Shown piece after piece: positions 8,596-19,175 of a DNA stretch of 64,000 nt. The DNA comes from Clostridia bacterium (GTDB lineage: Bacteria; Bacillota; Clostridia; Oscillospirales; QAMX01). Every line of letters begins with the position of its first letter. The stretch's first letter is position 1. The stretch is taken from assembly GCA_017441705.1 (NCBI GenBank), contig JAFRWU010000056.1:3768-67767 (forward strand), in the 5' to 3' direction. Both the position numbers and the translations under genes were made by a program. Under the pieces are notes generated by a model. It had not been told where the DNA came from. It worked only from the letters and a program-made list of their open reading frames with translations, and made no database searches.

Positions 8596-10560
8596 ATGAA
8601 AAAACTCTGGAGCGTTTTCTTGAACGGGAAGATGCGCCGGCTGGTGCTGGTCCTTTTTGACGTCTGCTGCTTTGCGGGAGTCAACGCCGCATATTACTGG
8701 GTCTGTACGGTGGCGGACGGATCCCCCCGATACAACAAAGAGGCGTATATCGTCGATTCGATTCTGCTTCTGGTGGGAATCTTCGGATTCCGGATCGCCC
8801 TGCAGGTCAACCAGAACGTCTGGCGCTATACCAATACGCTCGCTTATTTCGTCATGGTGGCCGCGGACGCGTCCGGCGGCCTTGCCGCCATGCTGATTTC
8901 CCGCACCATCGGATACTATCACGGCGTCTGGCATTTCGTGGTCGTGGCGTCTATGACCGACCTTCTGGCGCTGGTGTCCCGCTTTGCCTATCAGGTGGTC
9001 TACCGCAGACGCAACGCCATGCAGAACCTGTCCCATAAACGCAGCAACGTGGCGATCGTCGGCGCGGGACAGCTCGGATTCCTTCTCGCCAACGACCTTC
9101 TCGGCAACGTGACCTCCCGGTACAGACCGGTCTTCTTTATCGATCGGGACAACGCGAAGATCGGCAGCAGAGTAGCCGGCCTCGAGGTGTTCGGAGAGAA
9201 TATCGACGTTTACGCGATCATCCGGAAATACGACGTCGAGGAGATCTTCATCGCCCTGACCGAGCTCGACAACGAAAAAGCGTCCGCCATCTACGAATTC
9301 TATCGTCCCACCGGCTGCAAAATCAAAATATACGATATGCCTCTGAAGGAGGCGGACGCGAAGAACCGGCAGAAGGCTGCGCTTCGCGATTTCCAGATCG
9401 AGGACCTCCTTTTCCGGAAGCCTTTGACCATCAACAACCTGGAAGCCCGTTATTACTATACGGGAAAGACGGTGCTGGTGACCGGAGGCGGCGGCTCGAT
9501 CGGCAGCGAGCTTTGCCGTCAGGTTGCCGCCTGCCGTCCGGATAAGCTGATCATCTTCGACATTTATGAGAATAACGCTTACGATATCCAGCAGGAGCTT
9601 CTCCGTAAATACGGCGACGATCTGAACTTCAGCGTTGAGATCGGCTCCGTAAGAGACCGGGAGAGGCTTCGCGCCGTGTTTTCCAACTATCGTCCGCAGA
9701 TCGTTTTTCATGCCGCCGCGCACAAGCACGTCCCACTGATGGAACACAGCAGCGCCGAAGCGATCAAGAACAACGTCCTCGGAACGTACAATACGGCCGA
9801 TATGGCGGAGGAATACGGCACCGAAAAATTCATCCTGATTTCCACCGACAAGGCCGTCAACCCCACCAACGTCATGGGCGCCTCCAAAAGAATGTGCGAG
9901 ATGGTGGTCCAGAGCCGCACGGACAGCGCTACGTCCTTTGCGGCGGTGCGCTTCGGCAACGTCCTCGGATCCAACGGATCGGTGATCCCGCTTTTCAAAA
10001 GGCAGATCGCCGCAGGCGGCCCCGTCACCATAACGGACAAGCGTATCATCCGGTATTTTATGACCATCCCGGAGGCAAGCCAGCTGGTGATGCACGCCGG
10101 CGCCATGGCCAAAAAGGGCGAGCTCTTCGTCCTGGATATGGGGAAACCGGTCCGGATCTACGATCTGGCGGTCAATATGATCCGGCTTTCCGGACTGGAA
10201 CCCGAAAGAGACGTGGAGATCCAGGAGATCGGCCTTCGCCCCGGCGAAAAGCTTTACGAGGAGCTCCTGATCAAGACCGAGGATCTGGAAACGACCGAAA
10301 ACAAGATGATTTTCGTGGAAAAGGATACTCCGCTTTCCCGGGCGGAGGTCGACCGCCGCATCGAGATCCTGACGGACGCCGTCAGGAAGTCGGAGGGGGA
10401 GATCTCCTCCTCCGAAATCAAGAAGGCTTTCGCCAGAGTGGTCCCGACCTTCCACGATCCGGACGAGATCAACAGCAAGGCGGCCGAGGCCGAGGAAATG
10501 AAGGAGTTCACGCTCCTTTCCTCCAAAGCGCCGCATAATCCCGGACGAAAGCTTTCCTGA
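8596..10560 (+). CDS. Membrane-bound UDP-GlcNAc 4,6-dehydratase (CapD/PglF/WbpM family)
   Basis: Four N-terminal TM helices, VTGGGGSIGSELCRQ, HAAAHKHVPLME, STDKAVNPTNVMGASK, RFGNVLGSNGSVIP. Confidence 0.95.
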   Translation: MKKLWSVFLNGKMRRLVLVLFDVCCFAGVNAAYYWVCTVADGSPRYNKEAYIVDSILLLVGIFGFRIALQVNQNVWRYTNTLAYFVMVAADASGGLAAMLISRTIGYYHGVWHFVVVASMTDLLALVSRFAYQVVYRRRNAMQNLSHKRSNVAIVGAGQLGFLLANDLLGNVTSRYRPVFFIDRDNAKIGSRVAGLEVFGENIDVYAIIRKYDVEEIFIALTELDNEKASAIYEFYRPTGCKIKIYDMPLKEADAKNRQKAALRDFQIEDLLFRKPLTINNLEARYYYTGKTVLVTGGGGSIGSELCRQVAACRPDKLIIFDIYENNAYDIQQELLRKYGDDLNFSVEIGSVRDRERLRAVFSNYRPQIVFHAAAHKHVPLMEHSSAEAIKNNVLGTYNTADMAEEYGTEKFILISTDKAVNPTNVMGASKRMCEMVVQSRTDSATSFAAVRFGNVLGSNGSVIPLFKRQIAAGGPVTITDKRIIRYFMTIPEASQLVMHAGAMAKKGELFVLDMGKPVRIYDLAVNMIRLSGLEPERDVEIQEIGLRPGEKLYEELLIKTEDLETTENKMIFVEKDTPLSRAEVDRRIEILTDAVRKSEGEISSSEIKKAFARVVPTFHDPDEINSKAAEAEEMKEFTLLSSKAPHNPGRKLS

Positions 10561-10625
10561 AAAAGCGTATTCAAAAAACGCAGTACGGTATTGGCATCAT
10601 GTACTGAGGAGGAGAAAACACGGAT

Positions 10626-11381
10626 ATGGAAACCTATCAGAACGTCAGGACGGTGGATCTGAGGCATCTCATAGTAAGGATCCTTTCAAAGTGGTACTGG
10701 CTTGTCGGCGCGATGGCGTTCGGCGCGATCGCCGCGCCCCTGGTGCGGTTCCTGAAACTGCGGTCTGATTACAACACGCAGATGGAAGCGTTCAAAAGCG
10801 GGACGTCCAACGTGATCGAGCCCGTAGCCCCGTCCTTTCCCTTCCTCTATATCCTGACGGGACTGCTTGCCGGCGCCGTCGCCGCGATCCTGGTGTTCTG
10901 GGTGATCGAGCTTCTGGACAACAAACTGAAAAGCGCCGCGGAGCTGGTCATCCCTGAAGGCGTTCAGGTCCTGGCCGAGGTAAAGATATCCAGAGACGAT
11001 AAAACGACGCGCTTCGCCAAGAAGCTGATGCACATCGATCAGCCGCGTCCGGAAAAGAAGGAAACCGAGCTCCTGTGCGCCAAGCTTGTGGCTGCGTCCC
11101 GCAACAAGGAATACAAGGCGCTTTTGCTGGCGGGCAGGATCGAAGGACGCGCGAACGTGGTCGTCAGGACGGTCATCGACGTTCTGACACAGGCCGGCGT
11201 TTCGATCGAATGGATCGGAGACGTCCTTCAGGATCCGCGCGCGATCCTGAAGCTCAACCCGGATGCGGGCGTCGTGCTGGTGGAAACGGTGGGCAAAACG
11301 ACTTACCAGACGCTGGACGGAGAGCTTGCGGAGTGCCGGAATCAGGGCGCGGAGCTCGTCGGCTTCGTGGCCCTCAGCTGA
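10626..11381 (+). CDS. Compact Wzz/CpsC-like co-polymerase fused to a degenerate CpsD-like domain
   Basis: Wzz-like N-terminus (TVDLRHLIVRILSKWYWL+TM), second TM then LDNKLKS, CpsD-like tail (GVVLVETVGKTT...LVGFV) without Walker A. Confidence 0.65.
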   Translation: METYQNVRTVDLRHLIVRILSKWYWLVGAMAFGAIAAPLVRFLKLRSDYNTQMEAFKSGTSNVIEPVAPSFPFLYILTGLLAGAVAAILVFWVIELLDNKLKSAAELVIPEGVQVLAEVKISRDDKTTRFAKKLMHIDQPRPEKKETELLCAKLVAASRNKEYKALLLAGRIEGRANVVVRTVIDVLTQAGVSIEWIGDVLQDPRAILKLNPDAGVVLVETVGKTTYQTLDGELAECRNQGAELVGFVALS

Positions 11382-11476
11382 CGGCGGATCGCGGCCGCGT
11401 TTCGGTAAATCGAATTGAATTGATTCCGGACGGCAGATACCGCGCGTATCCGTCCGTCTGATCCAAAGGAAAAGAT

Positions 11477-12793
11477 ATGGATAAAGATACCATCAGAAAC
11501 GATCCGAGATTTCGAGGACTGACCCCTTTTTCTTCCCGTATCTGGCTATCCTCCCCGACGATGCACGGCGAGGAACAGAAATGGGTGGACGAAGCGATCC
11601 GGACGAACTGGGTCAGTACCGTCGGAGAAAATATCAACGAAGTCGAGCGACAGATGGCGGAATACGTCGGCTGCAGATATGCGGTGGCGCTGTCCGCCGG
11701 TACTGCCGCTCTGCATCTTGCTACCAGGCTTGCCGGAGAAAAGCTTTACGGCCAGGCGCGGCCCGAACGGGGCACGCTTTCGGGCAGAAAAGTCTTCTGC
11801 TCGGACTGCACCTTCGACGCATCGATCAACCCGGTGGGATATGAAGACGGCGAGGCCGTATTCATCGACACGGAATACGATACGTGGAATATGGATCCCG
11901 TCGCGCTGGAAAAAGCGTTTTCGCTCTATCCGGACGTCCGGCTGGCGGTCGTGGCGCATCTCTACGGGACGCCCGGCAAAATGGACCGGATCAGGGAGAT
12001 CTGCGAGGAGCACGGCGCGCTGATCGTCGAGGATGCGGCCGAAAGCCTCGGGGCGAAATACAGGCTGGGGGACCGGTGGGTAGAAACCGGGACCCTCGGA
12101 CAGTATAACTGCATCAGCTTCAACGGCAACAAGATCATCACCGGCAGCGCGGGCGGCATGTTCCTGACCGATTCCCGCGAGGATGCGGAAAAGGTCCGCA
12201 AATGGTCTACCCAGAGCCGCGAGGCCGCTCCCTGGTATCAGCACGAGGAGATCGGCTACAACTACCGGATGAGCAATATCGTCGCGGGCGTCATTCGCGG
12301 ACAGCTCCCGTACCTTGCGGAGCATATCGCCCAGAAAAGGGCGGTATGGGAACGCTATGAGAAGGGTCTCGCCGATCTGCCGGTCAGGATGAATCCCTGG
12401 GACCGGGAAAAGAGCGTTCCGAATTTCTGGCTGAGCTGCATGATCATCGACCGGGACGCCATGGCGCCGTCGATCAGGGGAGAGCGGGAATATCTCTATC
12501 AAAGCGAAGCCGGAAAAAGCTCGCCGCACGAAATCCTGGACGCATTGGCGGCCTTCGGCGCGGAGGGACGGCCGATCTGGAAGCCCATGCATATGCAGCC
12601 GATCTACCGCTCGAATCCCTTCGTAACGGCGGAGGGAAGCGGACGCGGAAAAAGCAACGCCTACATCGCGGGGACCGGCGTCGACGTCGGCGCGGATATT
12701 TTCCGGCGCGGTCTGTGCCTCCCGTCTGACAACAAGATGACGAAAGAGCAGCAGGACGTCATTATCGAGATCATTCACAGGTGCTTCGAGTAA
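11477..12793 (+). CDS. DegT/DnrJ/PglE-family PLP sugar aminotransferase
   Basis: LSAGTAALHLA, VEDAAESLG, SFNGNKIIT (PLP lysine), GYNYRMSN, GLCLPS. Confidence 0.95.
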   Translation: MDKDTIRNDPRFRGLTPFSSRIWLSSPTMHGEEQKWVDEAIRTNWVSTVGENINEVERQMAEYVGCRYAVALSAGTAALHLATRLAGEKLYGQARPERGTLSGRKVFCSDCTFDASINPVGYEDGEAVFIDTEYDTWNMDPVALEKAFSLYPDVRLAVVAHLYGTPGKMDRIREICEEHGALIVEDAAESLGAKYRLGDRWVETGTLGQYNCISFNGNKIITGSAGGMFLTDSREDAEKVRKWSTQSREAAPWYQHEEIGYNYRMSNIVAGVIRGQLPYLAEHIAQKRAVWERYEKGLADLPVRMNPWDREKSVPNFWLSCMIIDRDAMAPSIRGEREYLYQSEAGKSSPHEILDALAAFGAEGRPIWKPMHMQPIYRSNPFVTAEGSGRGKSNAYIAGTGVDVGADIFRRGLCLPSDNKMTKEQQDVIIEIIHRCFE

Positions 12794-12902
12794 ACGGTTG
12801 AATGCGAATCGGGCGTCGCGCAAGGGGAAACTCCATCGACATATCCTGCGGGAGGAGCGCCCGCGTTTTGAAAAGCAAGTACACGATTGGAGAGAATTGG
12901 CA

Positions 12903-13538
12903 ATGACACACAAGCCCAAAGGGCCCTATGAACGGTTTATAAAGCGTCCGCAGGATTTCCTTCTTGCACTGGCCGCGTTGATTGTACTGAGTCCGGTGTT
13001 GATTGTGACTGCCATTGTCGTACGAATCAAGCACGGCTCTCCGGTTTTGTTCTCTCAGGAAAGGCCGGGGCGGAATGGAAAGCTGTTCAGGATTTACAAA
13101 TTCCGGACCATGAAGGATATCTTTGATGAGAAGGGAAATCCGTTTCCGGATGAGGACAGATTGACCGCTTTCGGACAAAAGCTGCGCAGCACGTCTCTTG
13201 ACGAACTGCCGGAACTGTTCAATATCCTGAAAGGCGATATGAGCATCGTCGGACCGCGCCCTTTGCTTGCGCGATATCTCACCAGATACAATAAACATCA
13301 GGCGCGCCGGCACGAGGTCCGGCCGGGCCTGACGGGATTGGCACAGATTCACGGCAGGAACGCGATCAGCTGGGCAGACAAATTCAACTGGGACGTCAAA
13401 TATGTCGACAACGTTACGTTTCTGGGCGACTGGAGCATCATCCTGAAAACGGTATTGAAGGTTTTCAAACGGGAAGGGATCAGTCTGGAATCGTTTGCGA
13501 CTACCGAAGAATTTATGGGGAATCCAGAAGATGAATGA
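12903..13538 (+). CDS. PglC-like priming phosphoglycosyl transferase
   Basis: KR..D, single TM, KFRTM, SLDELPELFNILKGDMSIVGPRP, RPGLTGLAQ. Confidence 0.95.
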   Translation: MTHKPKGPYERFIKRPQDFLLALAALIVLSPVLIVTAIVVRIKHGSPVLFSQERPGRNGKLFRIYKFRTMKDIFDEKGNPFPDEDRLTAFGQKLRSTSLDELPELFNILKGDMSIVGPRPLLARYLTRYNKHQARRHEVRPGLTGLAQIHGRNAISWADKFNWDVKYVDNVTFLGDWSIILKTVLKVFKREGISLESFATTEEFMGNPEDE

Positions 13539-14193
13539 CGTAAAAAAGATCGTATTGATAGGAGCCGGGGGATTCGGCCGTGAAGTGGCTTCCATGATTG
13601 AAGTACTCAACGAAATAAAGCCGACGTATGAGCTTTTGGGTTTTCTGGACGATGGCAGCCAGTATCACGACGGGGTTGTGATCAATGGGTATCCGTGGCT
13701 CGGGAACCATGATTGGATCGTTGAGCATAAAGCGGAAACGGTTTGCACGTGTTGTATCGCCAATCCGAAGATCAAAAAGAAAATCCAGGAGGAGCTCACA
13801 GAAAAAGGGGTCGTATTTGAAACGATCATTGCGTATAAGGGATTCGGCTACATCGGACCGGGGACCGAGATCGGACCGGGCTGCGTCTTTTACGGAGGCG
13901 TCACCATCTCCGTCGATTGCAAAATTGGCGCCGGAGTCGTGATGAACCAGATGGTGAATATCGGACACGACGTTTCTATCGGGGATTATACGACGATCAT
14001 GCCGTTTACCGGGATCAGCGGAAACTGTAAGGTCGGCGAGACGGTCAATATCGGAGGGCATGCTTTTGTCGTTCCCGGCAGGAAGATCGGCGACGGCGCT
14101 ACGGTGGCTGCAGGAAGCATCGTATTTGCAAACGTGAAGGCCGGCACGACTGTGCTTGGAAATCCCGCAAAGAGGATGAGGGAACTGGAATAA
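13531..14193 (+). CDS. PglD/NeuD-like hexapeptide-repeat N-acyltransferase
   Basis: IGAGGFGRE N-domain, GFLDD, left-handed beta-helix repeats with IGHD, GNPAK end. Confidence 0.92.
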   Translation: MNDVKKIVLIGAGGFGREVASMIEVLNEIKPTYELLGFLDDGSQYHDGVVINGYPWLGNHDWIVEHKAETVCTCCIANPKIKKKIQEELTEKGVVFETIIAYKGFGYIGPGTEIGPGCVFYGGVTISVDCKIGAGVVMNQMVNIGHDVSIGDYTTIMPFTGISGNCKVGETVNIGGHAFVVPGRKIGDGATVAAGSIVFANVKAGTTVLGNPAKRMRELE

Positions 14194-14223
14194 CGATAAG
14201 GACAGGACCGAACGTCAGGTTGA

Positions 14224-15696
14224 ATGATCATGGGTGAAAACAAAGTAAACAACAGGCTTTTGCTGAAAACGAGCTTTTGGTATACGCTGTCCAATTTCCT
14301 CACTCACGGCATATCGTTTATTACCATACCGATTTTCACACGGCTGATGTCAAAGGCCGAATATGGGGATTTTTCGGTTTATTCCAATTGGCAGCAGATA
14401 CTGGCTATCATATGCGGCGTCGAGGTGGCGGCCACCATGAACCGGGCGCGGTTTGATTTCCAGAAGAAGGAGGAATTTGACGCCTATACGACCTCGAGCC
14501 TTTTTTTATCTACGGTCGTTACCAGCTCGTTTTTGATTTTATACTTACTGTTTCCCGATTTTTTTGGCAGCTGGTTCCTGATCAAGCGCGAATACATGAT
14601 GATCATGTTCGCATACCTGTTTACTCTGCCGGCGGTTTCCGTGTTTCTTGTCAGGCAGCGGATCGGGTATAAGTACAAGCTGAGCGCGGCGTATACGATC
14701 ACGGTGACCGTTGTTTCTTCACTTGCCGCTTTGGCGCTGGTTCTGGTCATTCAGTCCGACAGGATACTCGGAAGGATCATAGGGCAGTATACCTTGCCGG
14801 TCATTGCAGGACTCGTTTTTTACATCGCGTATCTCTGCAAAAGCAGAACGATCAGGAAGAAGTATCTCCAATACGCGCTGAGAATGGGACTGCCGCTCGT
14901 ATTCACGTATCTGGCAAGCCGCATTCTGCTGACCTCGGACACCATCGTGCTGAAGCATATGTGTTCTGCCGAAGAGGTCAGCTCCCTGTCGGTGGCGCAT
15001 TCAGCGGCTCAGATCATCATGCTGTTTGTCCAGGCCCTGAATATAGCGTGGGCTCCCTGGCTTTATGATATGCTGAAGATCAAAGAGTACAAGAGTATTA
15101 AAAAACTATACGTTTTGTATCTTTGGGGCGTGACAGCTTTCACGCTTTGCATTCTGCTGGTGGGGCCGGAAGTGATAACGGTTCTGGGGGGCGAAAAATA
15201 TAAAGACGCCTTGTATCTGCTTCCGCCATACATCCTGACCGGCATCTTTACCGCCTTTACGTCCCCGTTCGGATACCTGGAGACGTACAATAAGAAACCG
15301 GAGATATCCGCTGTGCTGACCGGAATCGTGGCGGCTTTGAACGTGGGGCTGGATATTGTCGGCGTTCACTTCTTTGGCTACCAGGCGGTTTGCTATGCGA
15401 CGGTGCTCTGCCAGATCCTGCTCATTGTTCTGCATTACGTGTTTACGAAAAAATACGGTATAAAGGAGATTCTTCAGGTCGGTACGCTGGGAAGCGTGCT
15501 TGCCGCAGCGCTTGCCCTGATCCCGTTCAGCTTTCTGATATATACCAATACCGCGGTCCGGGTAGGAGCAATCATCCTGTTCGCAATCGCCGTGATCACG
15601 GCTGCAGCTTTCAATTTCAAAAGGATAAAGTCTTTTCTCGATAAGCTTCTCCGGTCAAGAAGAAAGGACAAGGATACAACAGGAGGTCAAACATGA
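14224..15696 (+). CDS. wzx: Wzx oligosaccharide flippase
   Basis: ~12-14 TM helices, FITIPIFTRLMSKAEYG N-terminal flippase motif; locus context. Confidence 0.88.
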   Translation: MIMGENKVNNRLLLKTSFWYTLSNFLTHGISFITIPIFTRLMSKAEYGDFSVYSNWQQILAIICGVEVAATMNRARFDFQKKEEFDAYTTSSLFLSTVVTSSFLILYLLFPDFFGSWFLIKREYMMIMFAYLFTLPAVSVFLVRQRIGYKYKLSAAYTITVTVVSSLAALALVLVIQSDRILGRIIGQYTLPVIAGLVFYIAYLCKSRTIRKKYLQYALRMGLPLVFTYLASRILLTSDTIVLKHMCSAEEVSSLSVAHSAAQIIMLFVQALNIAWAPWLYDMLKIKEYKSIKKLYVLYLWGVTAFTLCILLVGPEVITVLGGEKYKDALYLLPPYILTGIFTAFTSPFGYLETYNKKPEISAVLTGIVAALNVGLDIVGVHFFGYQAVCYATVLCQILLIVLHYVFTKKYGIKEILQVGTLGSVLAAALALIPFSFLIYTNTAVRVGAIILFAIAVITAAAFNFKRIKSFLDKLLRSRRKDKDTTGGQT

Positions 15697-16619
15697 AAAT
15701 CGGAGTATTGTTTTCGGGCCAGGGAGCCCAGTATCCCGGCATGATGAAAGATCTTTACGAGTCGGAGCCTGCCGCGAAGGATCTTTTTGACAAAGCAGAT
15801 GCGGCGCTGGGAAGAGAGATCTCCAAGGTATGCTTTGAAGGCACCCAGGAGGAGCTGAATCTTACCCACAATACACAGCCGTGCATGCTGGCCGGGGATC
15901 TTGCGGCTTCTTTGATCCTGAGGGCTCACGGCATTGAAGCCGATGCGGTCGCCGGTTTTTCCCTCGGAGAGTATGCCGCCCTTGCATACGCCGGGGCTAT
16001 TTCCATCGAAGAGGTTTTCCGCATCATCCAGATACGGGCGGACGCCATGCAGGAAGCCGTTGCTCCGGGAGAAGGGGCGATGGCGGCGTTTGTCGGCGCC
16101 TCTGCAAAGCAGGTAGAGGAAATATGCGGCAAGGTCACGAGAGGATATGTCGTGCCCGCCAATTACAACAGTCCGGTACAGACGGTCGTGTCCGGCTCGG
16201 TGAGCGGAGTCGACGAAGCCTGTGAACTTGCGGAGGCTTCCGAACTCCGGTGCGTCAGGCTCGCGGTAAGCGCTCCGTTCCACTGTGCTTTGATGGAGCC
16301 GGCGGCAAAAAGGCTGGAAAAGGAATTCGGGTCGACAAGCTTCCGGAATCCCTCGGTCCCGGTTTATATGAACGTCGACGGAAAGCCGGTCACAGACGGC
16401 GCTCTGATCGCGGAACTGCTTGTAAAACAGGCGATGAGTCCGGTCCGCTGGGTGCAGACGCTTGAGAATATGCAGGCGGATGGGATCGACACCTTTATTG
16501 AGTGCGGCGCGGGGAAGACGCTTTCCGGCCTTGTCAAGAAGACGCTGAAGGACGTAAGGATTCTCCGGGTCGAGAACGTAAAGACCCTGAAGGAAACTCT
16601 GGAGGAACTGACGGCTTGA
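15693..16619 (+). CDS. fabD: Malonyl-CoA:ACP transacylase
   Basis: FSGQGAQ, TQP, GFSLGEY nucleophile elbow, ANYNSP.Q.V, SAPFH, PVRW. Confidence 0.95.
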   Translation: MKIGVLFSGQGAQYPGMMKDLYESEPAAKDLFDKADAALGREISKVCFEGTQEELNLTHNTQPCMLAGDLAASLILRAHGIEADAVAGFSLGEYAALAYAGAISIEEVFRIIQIRADAMQEAVAPGEGAMAAFVGASAKQVEEICGKVTRGYVVPANYNSPVQTVVSGSVSGVDEACELAEASELRCVRLAVSAPFHCALMEPAAKRLEKEFGSTSFRNPSVPVYMNVDGKPVTDGALIAELLVKQAMSPVRWVQTLENMQADGIDTFIECGAGKTLSGLVKKTLKDVRILRVENVKTLKETLEELTA

Positions 16620-17248
16620 TCGGGATAAAAAGGTTTGAGTCGGACCTTTTATCCTCCAATATGTACCTGGTCGTTGAAGGAGAGCATGCGATCGTCATAG
16701 ATCCGTTTGCGGATACGTCCCCGGCGCAGGGCCTGACAGTTGATTATATTTTTCTGACGCATGAGCACTATGACCACATATCCGGCGTAAACGCATGGAA
16801 AAAGGAAAGAAATATTCCTGTCGTCTGCAGCAGGGCGTGTGCAGAAAGGATTCGGGATCCCAAAAAGAATCTGGCGTTCTATTTCAAAGAATTCTGCGAG
16901 ATTCAGACGTGGGTAAAGCTGGAAGAGATTCCGGCCTATGATCCGGACTATTCGTGTCAGGCGGACAAGGTCTTCGAGGATGAAATGGTTATGGAATGGC
17001 TCGGGCATACGTGGCGTCTTTTTGAATTGCCGGGGCATTCAATGGGCAGCATCGGGATCCTTCTGGATAACGGCAGGTTCTTTTCGGGGGACAGCCTTAT
17101 TCAGAACTGCGAGACGGCCTTGAGGCTTCCGGGCGGAAGCCGGAAGAAGTGGAATGACGTAAGCATCCCCAGGCTGAACGCGATCCCGCAGAGTGTTCGT
17201 GTGTACCCGGGACACTTTACGGATTATGACCGGGTTGGTATGGATTGA
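16616..17248 (+). CDS. Metallo-beta-lactamase-fold hydrolase (possible thioesterase)
   Basis: THEHYDH, PGHS, SGD, YPGH; TTG start overlapping fabD stop with GGAGG RBS. Confidence 0.85.
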   Translation: MIGIKRFESDLLSSNMYLVVEGEHAIVIDPFADTSPAQGLTVDYIFLTHEHYDHISGVNAWKKERNIPVVCSRACAERIRDPKKNLAFYFKEFCEIQTWVKLEEIPAYDPDYSCQADKVFEDEMVMEWLGHTWRLFELPGHSMGSIGILLDNGRFFSGDSLIQNCETALRLPGGSRKKWNDVSIPRLNAIPQSVRVYPGHFTDYDRVGMD

Positions 17249-17298
17249 CGGTATCGCAGTTTCGGAAATTGAATCTGACAATGTTTAGGAGGTTCGTT

Positions 17299-18069
17299 AT
17301 GTACGATTACATTCAAATGGAAGGCAAGCACGTCCTGGTCACCGGCGGCGCTTCCGGCATTGGCCGGCAGACCGCCATCACGCTCAGTGAGCTTGGCGCC
17401 AGAGTCTCGATCCTGGACCTTCAGGAAGAGGGATTAAAGGAAACGCTGTCCATGCTGAAGGGCGAGGGCCACACCGTTCATGCCGTGGATTTGTCCAGGA
17501 TCGAGGAGCTTGAGCCCCTGATTGTGGGGATCGTTCAGGAAACGGGTCCGTTTGACGGCTATGTCCAATGCGCGGGCATCGTCAAGAGCCTTCCGCTCAT
17601 CAACTATAAGTTTGAGCGCCTTCATAAGATCATGCTCGTCAACTTCTATTCTTTCTTTGAGATTTGCAGGATCCTCAGCAAGAAGGGACGTTTCAACGAA
17701 GGCATGAGCATCGTCGGTATCTCTTCGATCCACGCCACGCACGGCGCAACCGCCCAGGCGGCTTACAGCGCGTCCAAGGCCGCGATGGACGGGGCGATGC
17801 GCAGTCTGGCCAGGGAGCTCGGTGAGAAAGGCATTCGCGTGAATACCGTCCAGCCTGCGGCGACCACGACGGCGATGTACACCGATTTCATGGCGCTGAA
17901 GGCTACGGCAAAGGAGACCGAGATGAAGGTCAAGGAAAGTCCGCGTCAGTTCCTGGGCATGAACGCACCGTTGGACGTGGCGAATGCGATCATTTTCCTG
18001 CTTTCCCCTGCTTCCCGCACCATCACAGGCGTTCATCTGCCGGTTGACGGCGGATTCGCTGCTTGCTGA
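17299..18069 (+). CDS. SDR ketoreductase, FabG-like (1)
   Basis: TGGASGIG, YSASK, IRVN, ITG..LPVDGG. Confidence 0.9.
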   Translation: MYDYIQMEGKHVLVTGGASGIGRQTAITLSELGARVSILDLQEEGLKETLSMLKGEGHTVHAVDLSRIEELEPLIVGIVQETGPFDGYVQCAGIVKSLPLINYKFERLHKIMLVNFYSFFEICRILSKKGRFNEGMSIVGISSIHATHGATAQAAYSASKAAMDGAMRSLARELGEKGIRVNTVQPAATTTAMYTDFMALKATAKETEMKVKESPRQFLGMNAPLDVANAIIFLLSPASRTITGVHLPVDGGFAAC

Positions 18070-18089
18070 ATTTTTAGGAGGTTGTTGAG

Positions 18090-19175
18090 ATGATTTTTAG
18101 TAAGTTTGACGATGTCAAGATTGCGGCTATTTCCGCTTCCGTTCCGGAAAATATCGTTGATATTGCTGCGAAGCTTGATGATCCGAATGAAGATCCGAAG
18201 TTCATTAAGCATTTTATGAAAAATACCGGAATCAAAGCGAAGCATAAGAGCGGATATGAGCAGACGGCAGCGGATTTTTCGTTTTCTGCCGCCAAGCAAA
18301 TCATGGAAGCTGGATACTATAAGCCTGAAGAGATTGGTATCCTTATCAATATCACACAGACTCCTGACTATCGTACCCCTTCTACTGCTATGACGATTCA
18401 GAAGCGCCTTGGCCTTTCGAAAGACTGTATGGTTTTCGATATCAACCTTGGCTGTTCCGGGTTCGTTTATGGTGTTTCTCTTGCGGCAAGCGTGCTGAAA
18501 ACCTCTTCAGCGACGAAAGGCTTAGTAACCGTAGGGGACACTCTTGCACGCGGCAGAAAGCACATAAAACTGAAAAGATCATCTAACACGGGGCTTCTGT
18601 TCGGAGATGCGAGTGCTGCGATTCTGCTGGAGAAGGATGCAGATCGTGGTTTTTGCTCTGCTTTGATGAGCGATGGCACGGGGCATAAAGCGTTGTCAAT
18701 TCCGTATAATGCATGGAAACATCCTGAAGGCCCGGAGAGTGTTCCAGGAGATGATATTGCTGTCTTCAATTTTACTATCAACGAAGTACCTGCCATCCTT
18801 AACGCATACTTGGAGAAAACTGGTACGATAATTGAGGATTATGATGACCTTGTTCTGCATCAGGCGAATATGATGATTCTTAAGAACGTGGCAAAGCGGG
18901 TAGGGATGCCTATGGATAAAGTGCCTGTTTGTCTTGATCGCTATGGTAACACGAGCGGTTGTTCGGTACCGTTGACTATTGTTGATAAGTACGGAGAGTC
19001 AGATGATGACAAGGAAGTCAATCTGTTGACCAGTTCGTTCGGCGTGGGCCTGTCATGGGGCGTGATAGGCTTTAAGATGAATGTGAAAGATATCCTTCCA
19101 ATAACAATTGGAAAGGATACATACGAAGACGGTTATTCTGACGATGCAGAGATGGATCAGGTAGCAGAGGAATAA
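18090..19175 (+). CDS. Ketoacyl-ACP synthase III family (1)
   Basis: Intact Cys-His-Asn triad: DINLGCSG, LHQAN, YGNTS; FGDA and FGVGLSWG. Confidence 0.93.
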   Translation: MIFSKFDDVKIAAISASVPENIVDIAAKLDDPNEDPKFIKHFMKNTGIKAKHKSGYEQTAADFSFSAAKQIMEAGYYKPEEIGILINITQTPDYRTPSTAMTIQKRLGLSKDCMVFDINLGCSGFVYGVSLAASVLKTSSATKGLVTVGDTLARGRKHIKLKRSSNTGLLFGDASAAILLEKDADRGFCSALMSDGTGHKALSIPYNAWKHPEGPESVPGDDIAVFNFTINEVPAILNAYLEKTGTIIEDYDDLVLHQANMMILKNVAKRVGMPMDKVPVCLDRYGNTSGCSVPLTIVDKYGESDDDKEVNLLTSSFGVGLSWGVIGFKMNVKDILPITIGKDTYEDGYSDDAEMDQVAEE

